From the NCBI GenBank assembly GCA_963737905.1, contig CAVTUQ010000031.1, forward strand, positions 1 to 64,000: DNA of 64,000 nt, written 5' to 3'. Position 1 is the stretch's first letter; each line of letters begins with the position of its first letter. The position numbers and the translations under genes are program-made. Positions 29,230 through 39,358 of the stretch are shown here, one piece after another. This stretch comes from an uncultured delta proteobacterium. GTDB lineage: Bacteria; Desulfobacterota; Binatia; UBA9968. The notes under the pieces are model-generated. The model was not told the origin of the DNA, searched no databases, and saw only the letters and a list, made by a program, of their open reading frames with translations.

Positions 29230-30414
29230 ATGAGCATCGAGAGCGGTCCTTCGGTCATGGAGCGCGACCTCCGGCTCGATTTTTTCCGCGGCCTCGCCCT
29301 CTTCTGCATCTTCATCGATCACCTTCCCAACAATATCCTGTCGGAGTTTACGCTCCAATCGGTGATGTTCTCCGATGCGGCCGAAGTGTTTATCCTGATC
29401 TCCGGCTACACCGCCGGCCTGGTGTACAGTCGTGCCATGGAGCGCCAGGGTTTCCTGATAGGTGGGGTCCGCATCTACCACCGGGTGTGGCAGCTCTATG
29501 TCGCCCATGTCTTTCTGTTCATGATATTCCTCGCGACAGTGGCGTACACGGTCGGTGCACTTAACAACTCGCTCTACGCCGAGGAGTTCGGCGCTGCCAA
29601 CTTTCTCGGCGAGCCCGGTGTGGCGGTGGTCAAGGCCCTGACCTTGCAGTTTCAGCCGGCCTTCATGCACATCCTGCCGCTCTACATTGTCCTGCTGGCG
29701 GTTCTACCCTTTGTGCTAGCCGGTTTTCGATCCTGGTCGGGGGTGATAATTTTCGCATCGTTCGTGCTGTGGCTCGCCGTCCAGTTCGACAAACGGATCG
29801 CGCTGCCCGCCTATCCTGGCCCCGACCGGGTGTGGCCTTTCAACCCGCTCGCCTGGCAGGCTCTGTTCTTCCTGGGAGCATGGCTTGGCTGGCGGGGTAC
29901 CCGCGGTGGGGTTTCCTGGCTCAGCCGTCGCTGGCTATTCTGCCTCGCGGCGGGCTTCTCGGTGGCCGGATTCTTAATTCGGTTCAGTTGGACGCTCCAT
30001 GGCTTCTACGATCCGATTCCAGTCCTACTCAGCGGCAAGCCGTTGTGGCTGTTCTTGAGCAAAACAGACCTAGGCCCCCTTCGGTTCGCCAACGTACTCG
30101 CCGTCGCACTGCTCGTCGCACGTCTGATCCAGCCACAGGCGCGGTTTTTGGCCAGCCAAGCCGCGCGCCCCTTTGTTATCTGCGGGCGCAACTCCCTCCA
30201 TATCTTCTGCCTCGGCATCTTGCTCTCGGTGCTGGGGCAACTGGTGCTCAACGAATTCTTCGGTGGCATCCCCATGCAGTTCGCCGTATCCGCGGCCGGC
30301 ATCGCGATCATGATTGGCATCGCCGCATTTATGGAGTGGTTCGCCGCCGCACAGCGCTCGTCAGACGGCAAGGGCCTGAGGGCACCGATAGCCGGCAAAG
30401 GAGCGCCAGGATGA
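29230..30414 (+). CDS. opgC: OpgC family glucan acyl(succinyl)transferase
   Basis: RDLRLDFFRGLAL..IFIDH, SDAAEVFILISG, ILPLYIVL, FNPLAWQ, GRNSL. Confidence 0.9.
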   Translation: MSIESGPSVMERDLRLDFFRGLALFCIFIDHLPNNILSEFTLQSVMFSDAAEVFILISGYTAGLVYSRAMERQGFLIGGVRIYHRVWQLYVAHVFLFMIFLATVAYTVGALNNSLYAEEFGAANFLGEPGVAVVKALTLQFQPAFMHILPLYIVLLAVLPFVLAGFRSWSGVIIFASFVLWLAVQFDKRIALPAYPGPDRVWPFNPLAWQALFFLGAWLGWRGTRGGVSWLSRRWLFCLAAGFSVAGFLIRFSWTLHGFYDPIPVLLSGKPLWLFLSKTDLGPLRFANVLAVALLVARLIQPQARFLASQAARPFVICGRNSLHIFCLGILLSVLGQLVLNEFFGGIPMQFAVSAAGIAIMIGIAAFMEWFAAAQRSSDGKGLRAPIAGKGAPG

Positions 30415-31205
30415 GACCACCTGCCTTCCTCCGTTATATTATTATCCTGATCACCGTGGCAGGCATGGGGTTTGTAGCCACACCGGCCGGCGCCCTCGAC
30501 CAGGAACACGAGTGCTCTGTGCCCGAGAGTTTCTATACGTTTGAGCCGACATTGGCAAAGACGACCAAAGCGCTCGCCGACGGCCGGGAGGTCGTCATCG
30601 CTGTCCTCGGCGGATCGTCCACACTGGGGCGAGCTGCTGGCGGGGCCGGCTTCGCCTGGCCCGCACGCCTGGGCGCTGCGCTTGCCGTGAGATTCCCGTC
30701 CGCGCGCGTCAAGGTGGTCAACCTTGCCGTCGCGCGCCAGACGGCGAAGGGGACGGTCGATAGCTTGGCGCGCGACGTCCTTCCCCTGAAGCCGACCCTT
30801 GTGATTTGGGAGACCGGCACAGTGGAGGCGGTTCAGGGCAGTGATATTGACCAGTTCCGGGAAACTATGCAGGCTGGGATTGACGCATTGCGCACCGCCG
30901 GGGCAGAGGTGGTGTTGATGAACATGCAGTTCGCGCGCGCTACCGACGCGATGATCCACTTCGAGCCCTATCTTATCGCGATGCGCCAGGTGGCGGACGC
31001 CGACGATGTGGCACTGTTCCGGCGCCACGGCATCATGCGCTATTGGGCCGAGAACGGCTTATTCGATCCGACGGTGAGAGACGGTGAGAAGAGCCGCCAG
31101 CTCGCCGCGAAGCTTTATGATTGCATCGGCCGCGCGATGGCCAACTTTGTGACCCACGGCATTCCTGCTGCAAAGCCCGCGACTAACGTTGGGAGCGATC
31201 GATGA
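30411..31205 (+). CDS. SGNH/GDSL-like protein lacking DxxH block
   Basis: Signal/TM, LGGSST, VIWETGT; no DxxH near C-terminus; ATGA overlap with opgC. Confidence 0.75.
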   Translation: MRPPAFLRYIIILITVAGMGFVATPAGALDQEHECSVPESFYTFEPTLAKTTKALADGREVVIAVLGGSSTLGRAAGGAGFAWPARLGAALAVRFPSARVKVVNLAVARQTAKGTVDSLARDVLPLKPTLVIWETGTVEAVQGSDIDQFRETMQAGIDALRTAGAEVVLMNMQFARATDAMIHFEPYLIAMRQVADADDVALFRRHGIMRYWAENGLFDPTVRDGEKSRQLAAKLYDCIGRAMANFVTHGIPAAKPATNVGSDR

Positions 31206-31999
31206 GCATGCCTCGATGGGCGGTTTCCTCCGCTGCGATTCTCTGGCTGTTCACGTCCGCGTCCGCCGAGCCCTTGCATACTGCTCTGAGTTGCAACGCA
31301 CCTCAGGAGCTGACGCGTTTTACGGTACCGCTGCCCAACACCGCCCGCGCGATCCGCTCGGGCAAGGAGCTTGTCATACTCGCCATCGGTTCCTCCTCGA
31401 CCAAGGGAGTCGGTGCTTCCGATCCGGCGCATACTTATCCCGCCCGGTTCGCCGAAGAGCTCCACCAACACTGGCCGAAGCTCGCGGTGACCGTGATCAA
31501 TAAAGGTGTCGGCGGCGAGATCGCCTCCCAGATGTTGGAGCGCTTCGAACGCGACGTGTTGCCTTATCACCCGCAGCTCGTCATCTGGCAGACGGGAAGC
31601 AATCAGGCGCTGAGAAGCGGAAACATCAAGGAATTTGTCGCCACCATGCGTGAGGGGATCAACCGTCTCAAGGCGGCCCACGTCGACGTCGTGCTGATGG
31701 ATCCGCAGTTCGCTCCGCGCGTGCTCGCACGGCCGCTGCATCTGTTCATCGTGGATTCCATCGGCGCCGTCGCTAACGAAACGAAGGTGGCCGTGTTCCA
31801 CAGGTTCGCGGTGATGCGACACTGGATATGGAGCGGCCAGTACAAGATAGAAGACATCATCTCAACCGACGGCCTGCACATGAACGACGTGAGCTATAGT
31901 TGCATCGCCCGTCTGCTGGCCGATAGCCTAGTGGCGGCAACCGAGTCCGAGACCCCCGGCCGGCCGCGAAACGAGGCGGCGAGAAATGCGAGCAGATAA
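31202..31999 (+). CDS. SGNH/GDSL hydrolase
   Basis: GSSST, NKGVGGE, QTGSN, DGLHMND. Confidence 0.88.
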   Translation: MSMPRWAVSSAAILWLFTSASAEPLHTALSCNAPQELTRFTVPLPNTARAIRSGKELVILAIGSSSTKGVGASDPAHTYPARFAEELHQHWPKLAVTVINKGVGGEIASQMLERFERDVLPYHPQLVIWQTGSNQALRSGNIKEFVATMREGINRLKAAHVDVVLMDPQFAPRVLARPLHLFIVDSIGAVANETKVAVFHRFAVMRHWIWSGQYKIEDIISTDGLHMNDVSYSCIARLLADSLVAATESETPGRPRNEAARNASR

Positions 32000-32060
32000 C
32001 GAGTGTGTAGTGCTGGCTTCGGAAAGGCCCACTCGGGATTGCAGGGGACACTTATCTGGG

Positions 32061-33103
32061 CTAAATCCGATAAAATTCCTTAGCGTTGTCGTAAAGGATC
32101 TTCTGCTTTGCTTGATCGGCAAGATCGGTGCGGGAAAGCAACTCAGGTATGTCCTTCAAGAATTCTCCGTAGACGCGTTCATGCGGATAGTCCGAAGGGA
32201 ACATCACTCGATCTTCACCGATTACCTGAATCACATGACTTAAAGACGTTTCTTCCGGCTCGCAGGTGACGTAAACCGGGCACTCTTTGATATAGACGCT
32301 GGGCTTTTTCTTCATGTTCGGGAACGAGCGCCCTCCGCGGGTTTCGTATTCGTAGTCGAGGCGGTCCATCATGTAGGGGAGCCAGCCGCAACCGGCTTCG
32401 AGGAAAGCGATCTTCAGACGGGGAAACTTTTCTAAAACCCCATCGCAAACGATGCTGGTGAATTGGATCATGAGCGGAAAAGGGTGCTCCAAAGCGTGGA
32501 CCTGGCCCTGGTCTTCGAAATAGTCGAAGCCGAAACCGCGGCTCGGGGCGCCGTGGACGCCGAGGGGAACTCCAAGATGTTCCGCCTCGCGAAAGATCGG
32601 ATGGAAATCGGGATGACCGAAGGCTTTGTTCATTACCGTGGCCGACGGTAGAAAAGCGCCGACCATGTCGAGTTTTTCCACCGCGTAGCGCAACTCCTCG
32701 ACTGCGCCCTGCGGGTCTTGAACGGGTAGAATGGCGACTGCCCTTCAAGCGCGAGTCTTTCTTGATGTAGCGGTGCGTGGAACCAATTGTTATAGGCCCG
32801 TGCGATCGAACATGCCCATTCCGGATTTTGCACGAGGCCGATGGCAAGGCCGGCGGTGGGATAAAGCACGGTGCTTTCGAGCCCCATGTTATCGACGAAC
32901 TTGATCACGTCTTCCGGTCTTGTCTCGGTAACCTTGTCGGGGCGCCCGGCGCCCAAGCCACGCGGCCAGCCATCCAGCGAAGGGAAGAGTGGGTAAGCGC
33001 GCGCCCGCCGCATGCCGCGGTATTTGCCTTCGAAGTATTCCTCGATCTCTTCGTGATTTTCGTAAATATGCCCGTCGGCATCGATAACTTTGGGATTCTG
33101 CAT
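32061..33103 (-). CDS. amidohydrolase-2 family protein (two frameshifts near 32775 and 32740)
   Basis: VIDADGH, AYNNW / VHG, LEAGCGW, SDYPHE across frames. Confidence 0.8.
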
Positions 33104-33138
33104 GAGTGACCTCTTTGTTGGGTTCAATATCTGGGCGC

Positions 33139-33167
33139 ACAGTAGGCCGTGAATTTTTTGGTGTCAA
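33139..33167 (-). promoter_or_regulatory. sigma70 promoter
   Basis: TTGACA-17-TACTGT upstream of 33103. Confidence 0.5.
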
Positions 33168-33260
33168 GTATCGTCATGCCGGGCGAAGACTCACCGGGTG
33201 TAAGGCAAGTTGAATTGGTGTATATGTTGCCTAGGAAACCGCTAAAAGGAGGGCAGGATT

Positions 33261-34346
33261 ATGGCTTGGAACGAAATTCCGGTGGTCGATGGCGACGGCC
33301 ATGTGATGGAAGATTGGGATTCGCTTTTGCAGTACATGCCGGAGCCGTACATCAAGAGCGGCCGATTTCGTGGCCGAATCTTTCCGCCTTTGGATCACCT
33401 TCATTCCGCAAGTCTATTCCAGTTGGTCCCCGGGGCCTTCAGGCAAGTTGGAATGGACGGTTGGTTGGAATTTATGGACGATGTAGGAATTCAACGAGCG
33501 GTGCTGTACACGACGGGCGGCCTTGCTTTCGGTAAAGTCATCACCGGGGAGTTCGCTATTGACGTGGCGCGCGCGTGGAACAACTGGTTCCATGACACCT
33601 ATCTCAAGAAGAGCGCGCGTTTCCAGGGGCTCGCGCTGATTCCGTTGCAGGAACCGGAAGAAGCTGTAAAAGAATTGCGCCGGGCGGTAACGGAGCTCGG
33701 TTTCTGCGGCGCGATGATTCCGTCCACCGGCTTCAAAGGACATTTGGGTGCCAGAGAGTACTGGCCGGTTTATGCTGAGGCCAATAGGTTGGGTTGCGCC
33801 TTGGGAATCCATGGCGGTGCCCATGAGAATTTGGGCATGGACTATCTCACTCCCTACGCGCCGATCAACGCGCTAGGCCATCCCTTCGGCCAGATGGTGG
33901 CGTTCGCGGGTATCATCTTCAATGGGATTTTCGATAGGTTTCCCAACTTACGCATCGGTTTCATGGAAGCCGGGGTTTCGTGGTTGCAGACCTGTCTCGA
34001 ACGATTCGACCGTGGGTGGGAAACCCACATCCAGTACGATCCTCGCGAAGAGTATATCCGGCTCCAACCCGGAGAAAGCATAAGCGCCTATATCCGAAGA
34101 CACGTAGAGGCCGGGAGGATATTCGTCGGTTGTGAAGGCACTGAAAAGGCGCTGCATCTCCTGATCGAAGCGGTCGGAAACAAGGCCTTCATGTTCTCCA
34201 GCGATTTTCCCCACGAAGTGAATAACGAATACTGCAAGCATGAAATTGCGGAGATCGTTGAGAACGAGCATCTTACCGACGACGACAAGCACGCTGTTCT
34301 GCACCGCAACGCCGAGCGCTTTTATAGCCTCAAGCCGTTAGGTTAG
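33261..34346 (+). CDS. amidohydrolase-2 family protein
   Basis: VDGDGH, WNNW, IHGG, MEAGVSW, SDFPHE. Confidence 0.9.
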   Translation: MAWNEIPVVDGDGHVMEDWDSLLQYMPEPYIKSGRFRGRIFPPLDHLHSASLFQLVPGAFRQVGMDGWLEFMDDVGIQRAVLYTTGGLAFGKVITGEFAIDVARAWNNWFHDTYLKKSARFQGLALIPLQEPEEAVKELRRAVTELGFCGAMIPSTGFKGHLGAREYWPVYAEANRLGCALGIHGGAHENLGMDYLTPYAPINALGHPFGQMVAFAGIIFNGIFDRFPNLRIGFMEAGVSWLQTCLERFDRGWETHIQYDPREEYIRLQPGESISAYIRRHVEAGRIFVGCEGTEKALHLLIEAVGNKAFMFSSDFPHEVNNEYCKHEIAEIVENEHLTDDDKHAVLHRNAERFYSLKPLG

Positions 34347-34545
34347 TTTGATTTCTGCGGCAGGTTTTTATCGTCTTCCTTCAGTCACAAACTGCGGAGC
34401 AGTTGAATATGCCTTTTTCGACCAGGATATTCACGCATAATACGCTGCTTGGGATGGGACTGTTTGAAAAAAACGGGTGCGAAGATGGGACGGCCGGCTT
34501 TTTTCGAGTCTAGGAGGCTCTGCGGAGCGTCTCGACGCCCGCTTC

Positions 34546-34803
34546 TTATACTGCCCTGCGAAGGTGACGCGCGCGGACTTTCAACGCAAACTGATGGAGC
34601 TTTGCCCCATGCTCGCGGATATACTTCTCTACGGCTGGCTCTGTCTCAGCGCGATACGCAGCGATCATCCTAACCTCGTCAATTAAGCGTTGCTCGAATT
34701 CTTCATGCTCGGTGGACGTGAAGATCTCTAGTTCGGACTCCGCAATCAGGTTCTCTAGCGTCTTTTCTATCGAATCCTGTATGAACCAACCGTTCTTAAG
34801 CAT
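34546..34803 (-). CDS. small hypothetical helical protein
   Basis: 85-aa ORF, GAGG RBS, protein-like composition; no motif recognised. Confidence 0.5.
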   Translation of the reverse strand: MLKNGWFIQDSIEKTLENLIAESELEIFTSTEHEEFEQRLIDEVRMIAAYRAETEPAVEKYIREHGAKLHQFALKVRARHLRRAV

Positions 34804-35052
34804 CTTTTACCTCGTCCTAGAAGAACGCGATGAAATCATTGTAGACTGGAAACCCTTGCAAGTTCCAGCATTAACGGAAAGTTTCCTACAATATCAACGG
34901 CCCTCTGATTGACGACTTTACCGATAGTCTTCGGGCTTTTTGTAGGGAATGATGTCAGAGATGGCCGAGAAGTGTTCGTCGTATGCCCCTCTCTGCCAAT
35001 ATGAATGAGACACTTACCCGCCAATAGTTTAGTGTAGAGGGCGAGTAAGGAA

Positions 35053-35454
35053 TTGAAGGTGGAGACAGGAACATCAACGGAGGTGGAGGTAGTGGGCAAG
35101 GCGGAGCGGCGGCGGTTCACGGCGGAATACAAGCAGAAGGTTTTACGGGAAGCAGATAAATGCCAGCGGCCGGGAGAGATCGGGGCGTTTTTGCGCCGGG
35201 AGGGATTGTACTGGTCGAATCTTAGTACCTGGCGCAAGCAGCGGGAGAGCGGGGAATTGGCGGGGCTATCAGCAAGAAAGCGCGGGCCTGAGCGCCGGGA
35301 GAAAAACCCGTTAGCGGATCGGGTGAGAGAGCTGGAACGGGAGAATGGGCGGCTTAAGCGGCGGGCGGAGCGTGCGGAGGGGATAGTGGAGCTGCAAAAA
35401 AAAGTCTCGGAGATTTTGGGGATCGAACTGGCAGAGAGCGCCGAGAAGGACTGA
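35053..35454 (+). CDS. IS transposase OrfA (HTH)
   Basis: RRRFTAEYKQKVL..LRREGLY..WRKQ; A8G slippery site 35396-35404. Confidence 0.88.
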   Translation: MKVETGTSTEVEVVGKAERRRFTAEYKQKVLREADKCQRPGEIGAFLRREGLYWSNLSTWRKQRESGELAGLSARKRGPERREKNPLADRVRELERENGRLKRRAERAEGIVELQKKVSEILGIELAESAEKD

Positions 35455-36584
35455 TGGCGGTGGTGAGAGAGAACCAGGCAAGGTATTCGGTGGAAACGAT
35501 CTGTGCGGGACTGGGAATAGCGCGGGCCAGTTACTACCGGATGGAGCGACCGAGGCGAGCCCTTGTAGCGGAGCGTGTTCATCCCCGGGCGCTGTCGGCT
35601 AACGAACGGCAAGAGGCGCTCGGGGTTCTTAACAGCGAGCGGTTTTGGGACCAGGCACCTGGGGAAGTGTATGCGACGCTGCTGGACGAAGGTAGGTATC
35701 TGTGCTCAGAGCGGACCATGTACCGGATCTTGGCAGAGAATCAGCAAGTCAGAGAAAGAAGAGATCAGATCCGACATCCGTGTTATCAAGCCCCCGAGTT
35801 GATCGCCAGTGGGCCCAACGAGGTGTGGTCATGGGATATTACGAAGATGTTGGGGCCAGCGAAGTGGACGTATTTTTATCTCTACGTGATCCTGGATATC
35901 TTCAGCCGCTACGTAGTGGGTTGGATGCTGGCGTATCGGGAATCGGCCGAGTTGGGAAAGAAACTCATTGAGCAAACCATCGAGCGGCAAAGTATCTGTC
36001 CGGGGACTCTCACGGTGCATGCGGATCGGGGGGCGCCGATGACATCCAAGGCGGTGGCATTTTTGTTGGCGGGGCTGGGAGTGACCAAGACCCACAGCCG
36101 CCCGTATGTCTCCAATGACAACCCGTATTCGGAGAGCCAATTCAAGACCATGAAGTACCGTCCCGAGTTTCCCGAACGCTTTGGTTGTTACCAAGATGCG
36201 CACCGATTCTTGACCGAGTTTTTCCCCTGGTACAACCACGAGCATCATCACTCTGGCTTGGGATACTTAACGCCGTACGAGGTTCACTATGGGCTGGCGG
36301 CAAACCGACGCGAACAGAGGACCGAAGTACTCAAGCAAGCCTATGAGAAAAATCCCCACCGTTTTGTGCGTGGCTTGCCAAGCCCCGCTCTGTTACCGAC
36401 TGCCGCATGGATCAACAAACCCAGAGAAATCTCTCGGCCGCAGAGCCCAGAGGTTATGAATTCATCGATGACGGGCATCGAGCACAAAAACGGCTTCCAT
36501 AATTGCCCTATAACGAACGATCAGCCATCGGGTAAGGGTCTGGCTAGGGGGGAAAATCAGCTGAGCGAGGATATTGTAGTCTAA
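35454..36584 (+). CDS. IS transposase OrfB (rve/DDE integrase)
   Basis: PNEVWSWDIT, DIFSRYVVGW, HADRG, NDNPYSESQFKT, YNHEHHHSGL. Confidence 0.92.
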   Translation: MAVVRENQARYSVETICAGLGIARASYYRMERPRRALVAERVHPRALSANERQEALGVLNSERFWDQAPGEVYATLLDEGRYLCSERTMYRILAENQQVRERRDQIRHPCYQAPELIASGPNEVWSWDITKMLGPAKWTYFYLYVILDIFSRYVVGWMLAYRESAELGKKLIEQTIERQSICPGTLTVHADRGAPMTSKAVAFLLAGLGVTKTHSRPYVSNDNPYSESQFKTMKYRPEFPERFGCYQDAHRFLTEFFPWYNHEHHHSGLGYLTPYEVHYGLAANRREQRTEVLKQAYEKNPHRFVRGLPSPALLPTAAWINKPREISRPQSPEVMNSSMTGIEHKNGFHNCPITNDQPSGKGLARGENQLSEDIVV

Positions 36585-36993
36585 TTTCTCAATCGGGCGT
36601 GTCTCATTTCATTGACAGGCTCCGTGCGACGATTGCTTCACATCCATAGACGAATGCGGCAATAGCATGCGGTACATCGCTGGAGTCTCGCAAACGAGTG
36701 AACCTGCGGGCATGCCGTGTCCGCTCCACGCGAGATACAAAGGGAAGTATTTGCAGGGGAAATGAGAAAATCTTCTCCAGTGCGGCTTTGCCGAAAGCGG
36801 CTCCCTGGGTGAAGCCGGGCGCGTTATTTAGGGCAAACACATATAGTTCATGCAGGGCATAGAACGAGGTAGCAGCGGACAGCGAACCGTCAGTGATTCG
36901 AGCGAATAATCTTTCTGTGTGCGGATATCTGTCTTGTTCGACTGCTTGAGTGAGGGTGTAGACCAAGAGAACGGACGTGTCGATATAGAGCAA

Positions 36994-37152
36994 CTATCTG
37001 GATCCTGCCCGCTTCTTCGTGTGCTTTTTACGTGAGGCCTCTATCGTTTCTTCGTGGGCCAAGATGCGCTTGAGACTGGCTTTTCGTGCTCGGTGAAGCA
37101 GTACGGACGTGGGTACCGTCCGAATAAATTTGCCAAATTCCTTAAGGTTCAT
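36994..37152 (-). CDS. putative antitoxin of the PIN gene
   Basis: 52-aa basic ORF whose stop abuts the TTG start of the PIN gene. Confidence 0.55.
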   Translation of the reverse strand: MNLKEFGKFIRTVPTSVLLHRARKASLKRILAHEETIEASRKKHTKKRAGSR

Positions 37153-37255
37153 CGTAGGAATAGAGTAACAGCCGGCAAACAGTCGGTCAACCAAGCGTCT
37201 TATGAGTCAAAGATCGTGGCGGAGTACAGGTGGCGGAAAGGCCGTTAGCGTCAGA

Positions 37256-38277
37256 CTATTGCGCGAATTTTTTTCTCATCTCCGGCAAGAAGCCGCTCTC
37301 CTCGAGATTCTCACGGCGCTGGTCACAAGCAACTGGTCCAGTTCGACTTCCTGAACCTTCGGATTGATGCGCGAGACTATGCGCTGAATGAGTCGCCAGA
37401 CCTCCGTGCTCGGCGCGACATCCAGACTCGGCATCTGCTGGCGCGTGACTTTGTAAGAAGCCTCGATATCTTCCTCCTTGCTCAGGCGAAGGTTTTTTTT
37501 CAAAACTTCCATGACATCGTGTTTGTGAGTCGGGTCTTGAATATAGACCAGCGCTTCCACCAGACCTTTGGTCAACCCAACCATGATCTCCAGCGAGACG
37601 GCGCTGGAGTCTTTTTGGGAACAAATCGCCGTTGCTTGATAGTTGATTTTCACCGCCCCAACGTCCGCCAGAGAACGGGCGCCGGCTCGCTTAGCCATAT
37701 CGGCGAAACTGTAGGGAATGACCGCCGCATCGACATTTCCTGACATTAGCGCCTGAGTCACCGTGGTGGTATCTCCAAGGACTCGCATGTTGAGCTTGTA
37801 CTTGTCCGGGTCGAGACCGAGCCCGTCGAGGGCAACCATGGTGGACAACCAGAAGCCGCCGCCGATGCTCTGCACGCCGAAAGTCTTGCCGCGCAGATCT
37901 TCAATTGAGTCGATTCCTTTTCTGACGATTAATTCACGGGGCATCTTGTTGCTGCCGACGGCAAAGCAACCGAGTTTCATGCCGCCCACTGTCGCGCTGA
38001 GAGCGCTGCTGGGTGCCGCCCAAACCAAAGGCGCCCCGCCCGAGGCGAGGGTCGCCATCATGATCGGACCGCTACGTGTTTGCAGCACCCTGGGATCGAG
38101 CCCGTGCTTTCTGAACAATCCCTTTTCTATTCCCACCCATAAGGGGGCCATGGTCTCATTATGGCCGCCGTAGGCGATGAGCAGCGGGCCGGCGGCATGG
38201 GCACTGCCGAAGATCGAGAGAAAAAAGATGATAAGAGATAAAGCCAGGCACGAGTGTCTCAAATTCGCCAGGTTCAT
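37256..38277 (-). CDS. ABC substrate-binding protein (SsuA/NMT1-like), frameshift near 37310
   Basis: GLFRKHGLD, EDLRGKTFGV; C-terminus NLEESGFL.. is in the adjacent frame. Confidence 0.8.
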
Positions 38278-38356
38278 TATTCAACTCCTCTTTGTAGTTA
38301 TTGCCGCTCCTATTACCACAACTTTTGCTGGTTAAGGAATAGCCTTGTTCGTTGAA

Positions 38357-39337
38357 TCATTTTGCCGTCGCTAGTTCGGCGAAGCATGTCTGTGCTTCCA
38401 CCGGCTTGTCGATTACCTTTAACTCAACAAGCTGTTGCACCAGCGTTTGCCAACGATCGAGGGTCATCGTTCCCAGGCCCGACCGCTTTGTCTCTGGGCT
38501 CTCAATTAGCGGCTCCTGGGCTGCCGCACTGTCCTTGAACGTCTGTGCATCCATCGTCGGATTGAGCCGGGCCATATATTCGTTGGCTTTCGCCGGGTCG
38601 GCAAGGTAGGCCTGCCATCCTTCGCGCACCGCGTCGATCATCGACTTGACGATCTCCGGATTCGATTTCAGATAACTCTCGCTGGTGGCCAGGACAGTCG
38701 TGTATGGATTGTAGCCCGATTCGGCGATCAGAAATGTCTGAGGCTCGATGCCGGTTTTCTTCGCCGCCAGCGGCTCGGACGTGACGAAGCATTGCATCGC
38801 ATAGTTTTCCTCGGTGCGATACAGACTCAGATCACCGAAGGGCGAAGGGACGATTTTCAACTTGCCGAAGCCGTATTTTTTCTGGAGAAAATCGGAATAC
38901 GGGAGCCCACGCTCCATGGCCAGTATGCCTGGGTGGGTGAAGACGTCTGCCAGGGTTTTGAATCCGCGCGAGGCGCGGGTCATGATCCCCTGCGGGTTGG
39001 TCTGGTAGACGGCAAACAGCGCGACCACTGGATTGCCGACGAAACGCGCGCGCACGATCTCATCGGCACTGACGATGGCGAACGGTACCGTGCCAGCGCC
39101 GATCATATCGACGGTTGGCGCGCCGGCACCCCCCGCAGTGATGGTCACGTCCAGTCCATGGCGCGCATAGATGCCATCCACTTGAGCGGCATAAAATCCT
39201 CCGAACTGAGGCTCGGGCTTCCAGTTGAGTTGTAAGGTGACCTCGGAGCGATTCCCGCCACCAGATGAATCGTTTCCCTTTCCGCATCCTCCCAAAAAAG
39301 CCGCCACCGTTATTCCAACCACGATCATCTTGAACAT
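38357..39337 (-). CDS. NMT1/THI5-like ABC substrate-binding lipoprotein
   Basis: Lipobox LGGC, LNWKPEPQFGGFYAA. Confidence 0.9.
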   Translation of the reverse strand: MFKMIVVGITVAAFLGGCGKGNDSSGGGNRSEVTLQLNWKPEPQFGGFYAAQVDGIYARHGLDVTITAGGAGAPTVDMIGAGTVPFAIVSADEIVRARFVGNPVVALFAVYQTNPQGIMTRASRGFKTLADVFTHPGILAMERGLPYSDFLQKKYGFGKLKIVPSPFGDLSLYRTEENYAMQCFVTSEPLAAKKTGIEPQTFLIAESGYNPYTTVLATSESYLKSNPEIVKSMIDAVREGWQAYLADPAKANEYMARLNPTMDAQTFKDSAAAQEPLIESPETKRSGLGTMTLDRWQTLVQQLVELKVIDKPVEAQTCFAELATAK

Positions 39338-39358
39338 TTCTTTTACCTTTCAATCGCA

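Larger units (their letters stand above)
34987..36624 (+). mobile_element. IS3-family-like insertion sequence
   Basis: orfA/orfB transposase; imperfect IRs TGCCAATATGAATGAGACAC (from 34994) and GTGTCTCATTTCATTGACA (to 36617); TGC at both junctions. Confidence 0.9.
34918..36993 (-). pseudogene. PIN-domain (VapC-like) toxin interrupted by IS
   Basis: LYIDTSV..E..DVPHAIAA..AIVA (36625-36993) joins in frame to YDEHFSAISDIIPYKKPEDYR* (34918-34983) once the IS is removed. Confidence 0.88.

Noticed and set aside
29769-30410. 5' extension of the 478-aa ORF
   Set aside because: Overlaps opgC in another frame; the real SGNH start is the ATG at 30411
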